In this document: positions 25,316 through 38,615 of the stretch, one piece after another | How the letters are laid out: each line of letters opens with the position of its first letter | Position numbering within the stretch: position 1 is the first letter of the stretch | Source of the DNA: Iphione sp. A-MEVVRFRX5 | Lineage: Eukaryota | Length of the DNA: 64,000 nucleotides | Assembly (NCBI GenBank): GCA_976226885.1 | Contig: OZ320321.1 | Coordinates: forward strand, 73,966,001 to 74,030,000 | Direction of reading: 5' to 3' | Notes under the pieces: generated by a model | What the model was told of the DNA's origin: nothing | Seen by the model: only the letters and a program-made list of their open reading frames with translations | Database searches by the model: none | Made by a program: the position numbers and the translations under genes

Positions 25316-25723
25316 TCAAAAATTTCTTGCGCACCTTAACATCCTGCCTGGTGAGTTGTTTATGACAATTGTACTCAGCAAATTTCCTCACCAGAACATT
25401 AGACTGTTGCAAAAGGAAATAGTGTGAAAAACTAAAGAGAGCCTTTAAAACATACCCTAATGGACCTAAGCTGTCGCAATAGTCCATAATGTTCTTGTAG
25501 TTTTGGTACGTTATCGGAGCTTTTCTTTCTTGATCACTGTGATGGCTGTGGTAATTTTGAAGTGGGATGCTGCCTTTTGACTTTCTTTGTCCTCCAATAA
25601 TTTCATCAACAGTCTTAACGCAGATATGTGCTGTTCCACCTCAGTGGGAGTGTAAAACCTATTAAGATAAAAGATGTATATACAAACGTTGTCTGGGGTC
25701 AGTGGGAGCAAAGGCAGGCCATA
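25316..25723 (-). pseudogene. N-terminal half of the DIRS/Ngaro tyrosine recombinase whose C-terminal half is at 12020-12431
   Basis: SAM-like segment LPLLPLTPDNVCIYIFYL...HISALR (25511-25726) and core LKALFSFSHYFLLQQSNVL...LTRQDVK (25251-25487). Confidence 0.75.
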
Positions 25724-26603
25724 CAAGATTCAAGATTCAAGATTCAAGATCTCTTTATTACCAATTCTCCGTTCTTACATGGAGCCCTCCTTGGCAATAG
25801 AAACAGTAAGAAAGTGATACATACACGAGGATCATATGTGGCAATCTTAGAAGTAGTTATAGTTTAAATTACATAGACAAATAGTATCACAACTGTGGTA
25901 GTATCACAGAGTTGTTCATAAGGGCAAGGCAATGTGGTTAGTCATCGACTGGTTGTCCTTACATCATTGTATCAACAGTTTTGTTGTTATCAGCTGGTAT
26001 CATGGGGAGGGATAATGACCACACTGGCCGGAAGTTGCATACACTAGTGTAAATAGTTGCAAATACAATAGGTTTATAAAGATATCACAGAAATACATTT
26101 ACAAATTCAAGGGGTAAAAGGAGAACAAATCACAGGTTTTTGACTTATATAAGCTGGTGAAGTCAAGTGTCATTAGACAGATAGAACATGAGATCATGTT
26201 AGGCATCGCTTCACAAGTGGTACTGACTTATAGTGGACATAACCGACATCATTAGTTCGCATCAGGGGGTTTTCACACAGCAAAGTGGAGCCGGGATCTT
26301 TGAGAGAAGTTTTACCTTTAGAGGAAGATCATTCCAGGACCTGACCCCCAAGTACCTTAAAGACCGTGCTGCCCTGGAAGATTTAGGTTTAGGTGTGGTG
26401 GCCATCAGGGTCTGACCCTGTCTGGTTTTTGTCCGTCCCTTAGAAGGAATGGACCCCAGCTTCATCTGCTGATGAATAGCATTTAGGGCCCTCGACCCGA
26501 CCAGTTCCTGCAGACGTGGAATTCCCAGCTGGTCTTGCATGGTCCTGCCTGACAAATATTGCCCAGTTTGCAGGGCTGTTCTAGCGCATTTGTTAAGATG
26601 CAT
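25724..26603 (-). mobile_element. 5'-truncated L2/CR1 3' fragment
   Basis: LNKCAR...KTRQG...RSLRYLGVRSWNDLP in 26262-26603. AATAAA + (ATCTTGA)n tail at 25759-25724. Confidence 0.75.
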
Positions 26604-28200
26604 TTTTTTTTTTTTTTTGAAATTTTATTTAACCTGACAATCCGATTGGTGCCAGGACAGACTGTGTACAGTGAGACAAGAATAGCGATACTATATACAA
26701 ATGTGACTTAGTTACTAAATATTTACAGATATATACATATATACAATATATACAATGTTCTAAAAAATGTTGGTAAAATTAGCAGTGTCATCTTTCAGGT
26801 ATGAATATACAAAAAGTAAAGTTATGCAACCATTTGACTTCCTTTTTAATATGCTCACACATCAGGGCACACGCCAGTTTTCCTCCAACAGTTTGTGTTT
26901 CAGATTAACTTTAAATGATATTTTAGGTTCAATAATGCAGTTATTATCTAGCTTATTCCAAAATCTTTTTGCATTGTACAATGGGTCCAGTTTACAAGAA
27001 GCTAAACGAGGCATTGGTAGTGGAATCATTGTCTTCTTAGTTCTTGTTGAGAGTTGAAGTTGTTTATACAGTGGAAGTAGGGTGTTGTAATGTAAGCATA
27101 GAGAGTAGTATACGCTTCGTTTCTCAAGAGGAAGGATATTCAGTTTTGTCATGATACCACGGGTGTCATCAATGTAATTACCTGTTGCAATTCAAACCAC
27201 CTTTTCAAGCTGGGAAGCTGGAAAAGGACAGAATTGTATGAATGAATGGACCCAAGCCCATATTCAATAGTTCCGAGGAAGTAACTCTTTAATACCAATA
27301 TTGCAGCAGCTCTCCCAGCTTGACATTTAGTATGTCTTAGAAGGTTTATTTGACTGTACGACTTTTTAATCTTTGAAAGCAGCTCAAGCTTCATATTTAA
27401 GTGGCAATCCAGCAACAGGCCTAAGTACTTATAGCACTTTACCTAATTCAGCTTGGTGCCACAAATTGAGATTTGAAGTTGTCTATTTTACTCCTAGAAG
27501 TTGTGCAGAACATGCACTCTGTTTTAGAATAATTTATTCTGATACCATTTATTGTGCACCACTTGTCCTGATTATTTAGGTCCTGTAATAGAGCTCTTTG
27601 TATGTCATCAGGGTCTCTGCTCGATGTTATTAGCACTGTATCGTCAGCATACATAACCATTTTACTATGCTGTATTGTTTTTGCACTATCGTTGATGAAA
27701 AGGGAAAACAAGATCGGCCCCAATATACTTCCCTGGGGTACCCCTGTTTCCAATGGAAGTACATCTGATTCTACATTCCCCATTTTTGTCCAAATTGCTC
27801 TCTCTGAAAGGTAAGACTTTATCCAAGCTAGTGAGCCATGGAAGCCCATTTTTTCCAATTTTTTGAGTAGCACTGGGTGTTGTATACTATCGAAGGCTTT
27901 TCGGTAGTCAACAAACACCAAGCCAACATGTTTGCCTTGATTTAACGCAGAGTGAGCTGTAGTGAGTACTGTATTTAGGGCGTCCTTAGTTGATTTTCCT
28001 TTTCTGAAACCGAATTGGCAGTCAGAAAATAGGCCGTGCCTAGTGATGTATTCATTTAATTGATTATAAACTACCCTCTCCAAAATTTTGCTTTGTAGTG
28101 GAAGGATGCTAATAGGCCTGAATGAATTGGGGTCGGTTTTGCACCCTTTTCCTTTATACAATGGGGTTATCGTGGCAACCTTAACCTAGCACTGGTGAAG
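26604..28200 (-). mobile_element. Element D: L2/CR1 RT fragment with poly(A) tail
   Basis: FRPISIL, DYRKAFD, GVPQGS and MYADD in 27448-28161, C-terminus 26862-27415. AATAAA followed by ~16 A ends at 26604. Confidence 0.85.
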
Positions 28201-28399
28201 GACGTCATCGGCGATATTTTCCTAGCATCATTGCATACTATCCCCCTTTACGATGCATTTTATTGGTAGTAAACAAAATTCCATACTTTTACCCTCACAT
28301 TGTTGTAGTGCTAACACCTGGTGTTGACCTTCCCCAGTTGTATAGCAGTTCTGGCAATAATTCTCATATGAAGCTAGTAATAGACCCACTTTCCTCAAG

Positions 28400-29144
28400 G
28401 TAATCGGTGTTCCTGTAAACCCTTCCTTGTACTTATCTCCAGGACTAGGCTATCCAGCCTGCAGCTATCAACCCCTTATCTGGTTGGGCTATAAACTTAT
28501 ACTCCACCATGCTGTTACGGATGGTTACTTACTCAGTTGAGAAATAACCTGCTCACTTGTATTGATGATGTCGGGCTCGAACCTACCCATGGCATCATTG
28601 AGCAGCTCAGTACGGGGTCCGCAAGATTCGGACCGCTGACCAGGTCCATTAACCGGTCAAGGTAGAATTGAAACCATTGTCTCTACTTCCTGGCATCTTG
28701 CAGTGCAACAGTCCATTAATCCGTTTTGTGCCGTAGTAGAACATAGGTATGCCAAGGCCCCATTAATCCGTTTTGTGCCGTAGTAGAACATAGGTATGCC
28801 AAGGCCCCATTAATCCGTTTTGTACGGAAGTAGATCATAGGTATGCCAAGGCCCCATTAATCCATTTTGTACGAAGGTAGATCATAGGTATGCCAAGGCC
28901 CCATTAATCTGTTTCATGTCGTAGTAGATCATAGGTATACCAAAGCAGCATAGAACGAGTTGTTACACGGAGGTATCAACGTGTAGCTTGTGCACCAACA
29001 AGCTAGGCTGTTATACGTTGCTTGTCGAAATCTAACAATGTGTATAGAAAACAATGGCATATCCTCCAACTCCAGTAGCCTTGCTGCTTGGTACGTGAGC
29101 CTATCACAGATAATCAGTACTTTTACTCGAAAGCACTCTTTCAC
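28400..29144 (-). pseudogene. Decayed SGNH-like ORF homologous to that of element C, interrupted by a 47-bp array
   Basis: KVLIICDRLTYQAARLLELEDMPLFSIHIVRFRQATYNSLACW aligns by eye with element C RILVIADTQSAPAFLELESSLHLLPPVTIHLITLKRCSYRMVAKW. Confidence 0.45.
28713..28947. repeat. 47-bp minisatellite, 5 copies
   Basis: The CCATTAATCCGTTTTGT...CATAGGTATGCCAAGGCC unit starts at 28713, 28760, 28807, 28854 and 28901. Confidence 0.95.
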
Positions 29145-29406
29145 CGTATGATGATTTTATTTTTCAGGGAGTATTCTGCCAAGGTCCAAAGCAAGCAGTT
29201 AAGTTATTTGTACATGTTACAGTAGTGTTCCTGGCATACCGTACTGACATAAATGCGGCATTTCATCATGTGCAATACACAATTCACTGCGTGTTGGTTA
29301 GGCTACTATTGGCCTTGAGTAATAGTTTCATTTGGTCTCCCCACACTAAATCACCTCCCCATTCTTGTTTTACAGTCGCGTCCCTATTTCTGACTAACAC
29401 TCTGTT

Positions 29407-32020
29407 CAATAGACAATAGACAACACTTTATTTGCGTCTCCAATCAATTACAGAGATCTTCCAGCAGACCCGAAATAACCTGTGCAAAATAGTGTATCAT
29501 ATCAGATTACTTCTGCCGAGCCTTCAAGAACTTTTGCAGCGATTTCTTAAATTCCAGTTCCAGGACTTGATTCCTCTGTACCAGGATGATGTTTCCATCT
29601 TTGATCGTCTTCTTCCTGTACCATTGTAAACACCAAGTAGAAATAATCTACGTGTTACACACCACAACTGTGTGTCAGATCTCACTTCTAGGCTCTCAAT
29701 TTGACCATCACATTGTAGTTTTCTGATTGAAAACCTCCTGCCTACCATTCTCTTGAGACAGCTGGTTGACTGCCTTTGCAATGCCAGTATTACCTAACAT
29801 ATAGAAACACAGGCCTTAATCTGTCAGTGATTGTATAAAAACGTCTTTGTATGAGAGTCCAGTACAGAACCTAGTAGTCGTCAAGAGGTTACCTGCTTTA
29901 TGGACTAACCATTCAGTGAAAGGTCTAGGTTGTGCATTGCACTTTTTCCAAAGAGGATACATTCAGTTTTAGCCTCATTAATCTTTAGGCTATTACGTGC
30001 TATATACTCATTGATCATCCTAAGACCTCTTTGGAGCTTTAGACGTAGGGCCATTATGTTTGAAGCAGTGCCGATCAAGGTTGTATCATCCGCATACATA
30101 ATGGCCCTTGTCACCACCAGGATATTGGGAAGTTCATTCACCGTGACATTGAACATTAGTGGGCCAAGAAGACTGCCTTGTGGCACTCCATGGTTGACCC
30201 AAGCTATGTCTGATTTATGATTGTTACATTGAACAAACTGAAATCTATCAGCTAGATATGAATTGAACCATTCTACTGTGTCCTTATGTAGACCTAGTCT
30301 GGCCAGTTTTTGTAGGAGCAGAGGTTGGCTGACCACATCAAACGCCTTGGTGAGGTCAACTAGCACAGCTTCACAGTGCTTATTCACATCCATGGCTTCA
30401 TTTATGCTACTTATGAGAGTTGATCTTGCCGTTGTCGTTCCCAGATAGGAACCCATGTTGGGACTTACTAAAGTACTGTTCCCCAATTAAATATTCTCTT
30501 AATTGTTTTCGCTACTACATTTATGATGGACACAGGTCGATAATTTGACTTCTCACTAGTTTTTCCCTTCTTAAAAATAGGTCTAACCCTGGTAACTTTC
30601 CATGATCGAAGAAATTTATTTTCACTTAGCATATCTTCAATTCCACTAGGTTTATTTTCTTTTTGCCTGGGTATAGCCTTTACCACGTCTCAGACCATGA
30701 CTGGAGCAAATTTCCAAGAGCCATAAGTAACTTCAAGTCCAAGACTACATTTGTACTATCGACTAAGTCCTGTGCCTGTTTCATGAAGTGCTTATTAAGA
30801 AAATTTGAAACTTCTTCGCTTTCTGCCCACTTGCCATCATCTTGTATTTTGATGCTACCTGTATCTGACTGTTTATTCAGCACTGAGTGATTTACAAAAT
30901 TCCCAAAATCTGATGATGACACATACATTTCTGCAATTGTTCAGCAATATATTGTCTTTTCAGTTTCTTACTCAAGCTCAATGATTTCAATCGATAGAAT
31001 TTACTAATGCGGAGATAACATTTCCCGTCCTATGATACTCTCGAATAAAATACTCTGTTTGCTATTACCTCCAATAGCTCACCATTCACCCAAGGATGTT
31101 GCCGCCTGTCTCGTGCTGTTACCAATTTACTAATGCGGAGATAATCAACATTTCCTGTCCTATGATACTCTCAAATAAAATACTCTGTTTGCTATTACCT
31201 CCAATAGCTCACCATTCACCCGAGGATGTTGCCGCCTGTCTCGTGCTGTTACCTGCGGGCATTGCTGCTGTAGTATACCTTTCATCCTCTTCTCCAGCTC
31301 TCTCCAAGTTTCATCAAGGTCTCCGTCAGGCTCATCAAGACGATCAATTATTGACCTCAAGATGTCCAATAATTTTGGCTGATCATACCTATCCCATGCC
31401 CTGCTTCACCTTTATTGATACATTCTTTTTCTCATGTGGTTTCTTCCCCCTGAGATATACTGGGTAGTGGTCACTCACGTGCATAACTACTGGTACCCGG
31501 CATGGACACATATTGAAGATTAGAAACCGCTAGGTCTATACACGAGTAAGCAGTTCGGTGTATCAGCGTGGGTTCATCAATGAATTGTTTTAAATGTTCA
31601 TGTCTCTCCCTATTACCAGATCAGTTTTTTCATGATCAAATCCCTCGATGGTATTTTTCAAAATTGTCAATGCTGTATCGACTGAGCTGTCTAGGGGTCT
31701 GTAGACTGTCCCAACTATCATGGGCTTCTTATATGGACATAATATTCTCACCCAGTTTACTTCTAGATTATCTGATGACAGAGAAATATCACCATACTTT
31801 TTATGTAAATATCTACTCCTCCCCCCCCTTGACTTTGAATTGGACATACGATCAAGTCGTACTAATTGATAGTCAGGTATTAGGAAGCTACTTGAAGGGA
31901 TATGATCCTTTAACCAGGTCTCTGATAGTCCTAGGAAAATAGTTTTTTCAGACTGTATTAGATTTTGGAGACTATTTGTCTATTCTACCCAAGAAGTTTA
32001 GAGGTTTCCCTTGCAAACAT
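29407..32020 (-). mobile_element. Element E: decayed L2/CR1 ORF2 (APE + RT) with 3' tail
   Basis: LSETWL (~31920), YRPL, YRPVSII, DLTKAFD, GVPQGS and MYADD. AATAAA + (TCTATTG)n at 29432-29407. Confidence 0.85.
30998..31253. repeat. 126-bp tandem duplication inside element E ORF2
   Basis: AATTTACTAATGCGG...TCGTGCTGTTACC occurs at 30998 and 31124. The second copy has a 4-bp insertion. Confidence 0.9.
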
Positions 32021-32054
32021 AATTACGTACATATATACATACACATTTACACTA

Positions 32055-32770
32055 TTATTCTATTCCAATTTGTCCCACAAAATCCTCACATTCCAGAAGA
32101 TAAATTTTAGAAATCCCATATGATATGATATGTGCAGTTAAGAGATTGAGAATCCCCACTACACCCCTCCCTCCCTTCTCATTCAATGTTGCTAGCTGTA
32201 GTTGACAACACCATAACTCACTAGTTTTTAAATTTTGGTGTATATAATCTGTCAGATAGGCTAATCTATTGATCCTTGGGCCTCTCCCTTTGTAATGGAC
32301 TGGAGCATAGACCCTTGGAGAGAAAATATTGTGTATTTTGTTTGCCTTCCTTATTTCATAATTTACCGCCCACACAATGTCATTTAAATTTCTCTGTATC
32401 TTGTGTGTGTGTAGATCCAGGGGGAATATTTCCAACCATTGCGTAAAGCACAATCTTAGTTGAGCTTGCATATTCATACATAAACTTCATTATTGCATGA
32501 AGACATAACAAATAGTCACTAACTGAGCAATGTCTTTAAGTGCAACGAGCCATTTTGTCACAGAGTTATATCACAAATGCCCATATGGACTATAATAAGT
32601 GCATACTTATGAATCCATATCGATTTCAGATATTCAAATTCAAATGTTTTTGGGGGGTTCTCCGTACACAGAGCTCTCCAGGTCAATATGTGCGAGAACA
32701 GAAACATAGTGCCACATAAAGGAACACACAAAAATTACACGATGCTTATCTTTTAGGATATCACTCCATC
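32055..32770 (-). pseudogene. SGNH-like ORF immediately upstream of element E ORF2
   Basis: IVHMGICDIT at ~32560-32590 (block III), VNYEIRKAN...FSPRVYAPVH and LTDYIH (block V) in 32055-32477. Confidence 0.7.
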
Positions 32771-32893
32771 ACATCTCTTCACACTTGAAAAAAGATCCAC
32801 AGATAACATGAGAGATACCAAAGATATTGTCATCAAATAAACACTCAGTCTGTCTAATCTCTTTAAATATCTTGTCTCATAACAGAGGAACAA

Positions 32894-34675
32894 ACTCATT
32901 ATAGGACCCTATATAACCCACGTTGGTAACTACTGACTTCCCATGTCGGTAACTACCGACTTTATCCCAACCTACACATTATGTGACCCTATATAGCCCA
33001 TGTCGGTAACTACCACAATACTTATAGCAAATGAGTAGGTTTATCCCTACCTACTCATTATAGGACCCTATATAGCCCACGTCGGTAACTACCTGAATGC
33101 TTATACGAAATGAGTAGATTTATCCCTACCTACACATTGTGTGACCCTATATAACCCGTCGGTAACTAGCGACTTCCCATGTCGGTAACTACCGACTTTA
33201 TCCCCACGTACACATTATGTGACCCTATATAGCCCATGTCGGTAACTACCACAATACTTACGGCAAATGAGTAGGTTTATCCCTACCTACTCATTATAGG
33301 ACCCTATATAGCCCACGTCGGTAACTACCTGAATGCTTATACAAAATGAGTAGATTTATCCCTACCTACACATTGTGTGACCCTATATAACCCGTCGGTA
33401 ACTAGCGACTTCCCATGTCGGTAACTACCGACTTGATCCCTACCCACACATTGTGTGACCCTATATAACCCGTCAGTAACTAGCACTTCCCATGTCTGTA
33501 ACTACCGACTTGATCCCTATCTACACATTTTGGGACCCTATATAACCCGTCGGTAACTAGCGACTTCCCATGTCGGTAACTACTGACTTGATCCCTACCT
33601 ACACATTGTGTTACCCTATATAACCCATGTCGGTAACTACCTCAATGCTTATACCAAATGAGTCGATTTATCCCTACCTACACATTCTAGGACCCTATAT
33701 AGCCCCTGTCGGTAACTACTGACTTCCCATGTCAGTAACTACAGACTTGATCCCTACCTACACATTGTGTGACCCTATACAACCCGTCGGTAACTAGCGA
33801 CTTCCCATGTCGGTAACTACCGACTTTATCCCCACCTACACATTATGTGACCCTATATAGCCCATGTCGGTAACTACCTCAATGCTTATACCAAATGAGT
33901 CGATTTATCCCTACCTACACATTCTAGGACCCTATATAGCCCAAGTCGGTAACTACGGACTTCCCATGTTGGTAACTACCGACTTTATCCCTACCTACAC
34001 ATTTTGGGACCCCATATAACCCGTCAGTAACTAGGGACTTCCCATGTCGGTAACTACCGACTTTATCCCTACCTACACATTTTGGGACCCTATATAACCC
34101 GTCGGTAACTACCGACTTCCCATGTCGGTAACTACTGACTTTATCCCTACCTACACATTGTGTGACCCTATATAACCCGTCAGTAACTAGCGACTTCCCA
34201 TGTCGGTAACTACTGACTTGATCCCTACCTACACATTTTGGGACCCTATATAACCCGACCGTAATAAGCGACTTCCCATGTCGTTAACTACCGACTTGAT
34301 CCCTACCTACACATTGTGTTACCCTATATAACCCGTCGGTAACTAGCGACTTCCCATGTCGGTAACTACTGACTTTAACCCTACCTACACATTGTGTGAC
34401 CCTATATAACCTGTCGGTAACTAGCGACTTCCCATGTCGGTAACCACCGACTTGATCCCTACCTACACATTTTGGGACCCCATATAACCCGTTGGTAACT
34501 AGCGACTTCCCATGTCGGTAACTACTGACTTGATCCCTACCTACACATTGTGTTACCCTATATAACCCATGTCGGTTGCTACCTCAATGCTTATACCAAA
34601 TGAGTCGATTTATCCCTACCTACACATTATAGGACCCTATATAGCCCAAGTCTGTAACTACCACAATGCTCATAT
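32894..34675. repeat. ~1.8-kb hairpin-rich minisatellite, ~79-bp composite unit with higher-order (~236 bp) repeats
   Basis: Recurrent GTCGGTAACTACCGAC (7-bp inverted repeat), ACACATTGTGT and GACCCTATATAACCC. The block at 32941 recurs at 33177. Confidence 0.95.
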
Positions 34676-35299
34676 CTAAGTTTGTTTCAAATTTCTTACT
34701 CTTTATTTATAGTAAAGCTAGTTTTTATATATATATTCAACCTAGATTGTTCATTTCTCAAAAGCAAGTACAACAACAACTTTAAGATGAAAGTAAATAC
34801 ATTTATTGTGATATCATTCCAACATTGATTCCTGATACAAATGAATTCAAGCACACATAATATCAATAAGTTTCTGTCATGCTTCTGCATTCTGGTCAGA
34901 TTTAGTTGGCATTGTAGGTGAGTCATCGGAACACTTCCTCCAATGTATATACAAAGTGTAACTGTAACCTAACAAAATTCATAGGGTGCTATATTCACCA
35001 AACATATCCTACCATATACATATGATCTCTACTGGTCTGCAAGCAAAAGTTACAGGATGGCTTGTCCACCTTACATGTCCTACCATATTCATATGGCCTG
35101 TACTTGTCACCTAGCAAAACTTACAGGATGCTTGCCCCTCTAATATATACTACCATGCATAAATCACATGTGACAGTTACCTAACAAAAGGTACATGATG
35201 GTACATACACCTACGACATCCTTACATATACAAGTAGATGTCACCTGCACTTTTCACCTAACAAAAGTTACAGGAAGGTATGTCTATCCAACATATACT

Positions 35300-35890
35300 C
35301 TTGGACTCATCTTCTCCTTCAATTCACATCCGAGGCTACCTTCACTGATAACTCCTACAATGCAAAGAAAAGGGTATCATTACCATACATGTACATACTT
35401 TGTGGTAGGATACATCAATCTTGCACAGAGACAAACACTTATTGTATCAATAAATCAAATTAGTGAAGGACTTATCTTTTCCTTCAATTCATAGCGATGC
35501 CCACCACCACAGAAAACTCCTACAATAAAATGAAAAGTGAATCATTACCATACATGTACATACTTTGTGGTAGGATACGTCAATTGTGCACAGAGACAAA
35601 CACTTATTGTATCAATGAATCAAATTAGTGAAGGACTTATCTTTTCCTTCAATTCACAGCAATGGCCACCACCACAGAAAACTCCTACAATAAAATGAAA
35701 AGTGAATCATTACCATACATGTACATACTTTGTGGTAGGATACATCAATTGTGCACAGAGACAAACACTTATTGTATCAACGAATCAAATTAGTGAAGGA
35801 CTTATCTTTTCCTTCAATTCACAGCAATGGCCACCACCACAGAAAACTCCTACAATAAAATGAAAAGTGAATCATTACCATACATGTACA
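35300..35890. repeat. 165-bp tandem repeat, ~3.5 copies
   Basis: CATTACCATACATGTACATAC starts at 35378, 35543, 35708 and 35873. Confidence 0.9.
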
Positions 35891-38615
35891 TACACCTACA
35901 TGTACATACTCCTTTCTGCCATTACAGTCTTTCCTGCATCTGATAAAAGTCAACAAACCAGTCATATAACAAAGTATAACAAATGTGAGGTATCTTACAT
36001 ATCATACTGCATACTTGAAAGACATCTCCTGGCAAATATATGCCATATATTGTTACTATGACTACCCTTCTTACCCTAGATATGTTCTACTGTAAACTCG
36101 ACCTATTTTATTTGTCACATATACAAAATCATGACCATCCACTGGACCTCATATCTCATTCCTAATACCTGTTAATTACTTAATAATTCTGCAAACTCTG
36201 ATTACCTTTCTTTCCACCTATACTTTGTATTGCAAACAATGAGTGCTTATGTGTCTGGCATTGCTCTAACATACACCCAGGAATACTGCTAAGTAACATT
36301 TATAGGTCTTTCAGCCTGTTACATATCAGGAAATTGTATTTCAATACCTTCCTTTACTTATCTTTCTGAACATTGAAAATTTCTCACATGTGGCACCAAT
36401 ATGTCCTTTTCTCCACTTTGAAGTAGCTGTCCATCATATCCAACAATGTTACTTCACTGGACTCCTGGGGCAGGTAGAGCAAGATGTCAAGCACATCAAG
36501 CAGGTCTTCTTTGCAATAAGTGCCGCAAGTACCACTTTCTACTGCAAGAGGAAATATAGTAACAGTCAATGAGGTTCATTGTTGTAATAGTCAGGTTCAT
36601 TTATAAATGGTTAGTTTTTGAAAACTTGAAATAGGATGCTGGTCCTCATCTCAACTCAGATCTTTGGTGGAGAAATATCAAGTTTTGAGGGTTTTTTCAC
36701 TAAAAAAGTGAAAGTAAGTAAATGAACAATAAAAAGCAGATAAGTTATATTATATGTATTATTTCCTGTTGAAATACTTTCAATCATCATGTTTTAGTGC
36801 CTTCTTGTTAAAATTTGGTCCACCAAATGGCCATTGATTAAAACCCTAGGTCATGTGACCTTCATCATCAAATTACCTTCAAAAACTTTTGCTTACCTGT
36901 TTCAGTGAACATGACACTACTTAAAAAATATGAATTATTAAGGTATTAGATATAATGCACACTTACCAGTGCTGATGATTTGTCCTTGGAAAATCTCATC
37001 TGGACGTCTTGCAGTGGATCTCCTAGATATTAAATATTTCATTCAACTCAGCAATAAACATAATCAGTCACAATCAGATAAACACAATAAAATGAGTTTG
37101 CAATAAATTTAATACAACAAAACTTGGTTAATGTACACAGTAAAATATCAAGCAATGGTTCAGATTGCCTCCTTACCATGAGTTCAACTGCATTCCTTCA
37201 CAAACTTTTTTAAAGAACTCGTTAGCATCCTCTTGACTTTCATTCCACTGGGGTCTCCAACAGCCATCATCTGTTTAGAACAGTCCATGGTGAAAGAATG
37301 TTTTACTCAAATCATGAGTGGTTGCGCTCTTTAAACTTTTCATTGTGAACACTATTTATCAATTAATCAAAAATGTGTGGTTCTAAATGTACCTTTCATG
37401 GTCTGGATGAGTTTCTGCACAGAGCCACATCCTCATTCTTGGCAAGTTATGTCCTGTAAGGCACACCATAAGCACCAGGTTTGAATTTCCGAAGGTTGAC
37501 ACATGTGGTGTTTCAAACTGCAGGCCAAGTCTGTGCGGCAAAGACACTGCACTATCACATTGGCAAAGCACACATTTTCTCCCGGACGATTTTGCAGTGG
37601 AGGTGGTGCTTGTCTCTTCACAGTGAAGAAGGCCTTGGTTGAGGCAAGAACTCCAGGGGCTGTGCCGAAAGAAAATTGTACATGTATCTATATATATTTG
37701 TAGACACAACTTATGTACATTGACTGTGAATAAATATCAACCTAATTCTAGTTGGTACTATGATCTTGCACACCAATGGCAGGACAATTATGTGAAATCA
37801 TTCGTTTCTACATATAAAGGAATATGATTGCACCAATGTCACTTGCACTAACCACATATGATGGAATAGTGGCTCATTTAAGCCAATTAAGAGAGAACAT
37901 ATCTTACCAATCCTCAATAATATTAGTTCTACCATGTTCATAGTATGTCTGGGAGCAAAAGGCACCCGCTTCTGCAGAAACATGGAAAGGTCCACAAAGT
38001 AGGTTTCAAGATTGTCAAGCCCAAGGATGTCCTGTACACGATCTCGGCACTGCAATATGATTGGATGTGGCTGTCTCACCTCATTGTAGAGTTTCTTTAG
38101 TGTTTCTGTATCAGCCTTCCTGATAAATGCTGTAAAAAAGTAACTTGAATTGTTATAATATTGTCAGTGTTAATGGTCAAGCATCATGTAATAATAACCT
38201 TAACCTCTGGATTATAAGGAGTATTTGATGATAATCAACAGTACACATAGTAAACTTTTCCATGGAGGAGGTCTCACTGGTGTGAGATTTTTTCAAAACC
38301 TCACAATTTGCTTACTCTCATGTTTCCTATCCACTACCATTATTCTAAATGTCTATTTAGAAAAACGAATCCTTCCTGATTTTGATCATTGACAATGTTA
38401 CTATATTTAAGACTATTGGAATACCCTTGCAATAACATTGATCAAAGGATTGTTATCATTAATTCTGTTACGTTGTCTCTCCCAAGCGTCCTACTTAAGG
38501 TATTAATGACTAGCAATTAAGAGCATTAGTCTACTGATTGATCAGTAATACCTATTCATACTGATTTTTTCAGAAAGCGCAAAACACTACAAGTAACTTA
38601 GTCAAGTAAAAATTT

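Noticed and set aside
29150-29400. Sixth NADAR remnant upstream of the D-associated SGNH ORF (LDLGRILPEKIK; LTNTQ*IVYC)
   Set aside because: The position fits, but the motif match is too weak to support by eye.
32894-34675. CRISPR array (palindromic repeats with intervening sequence)
   Set aside because: The intervening sequences are themselves repeated, there are no cas genes, and the context is eukaryotic with spliceosomal introns.
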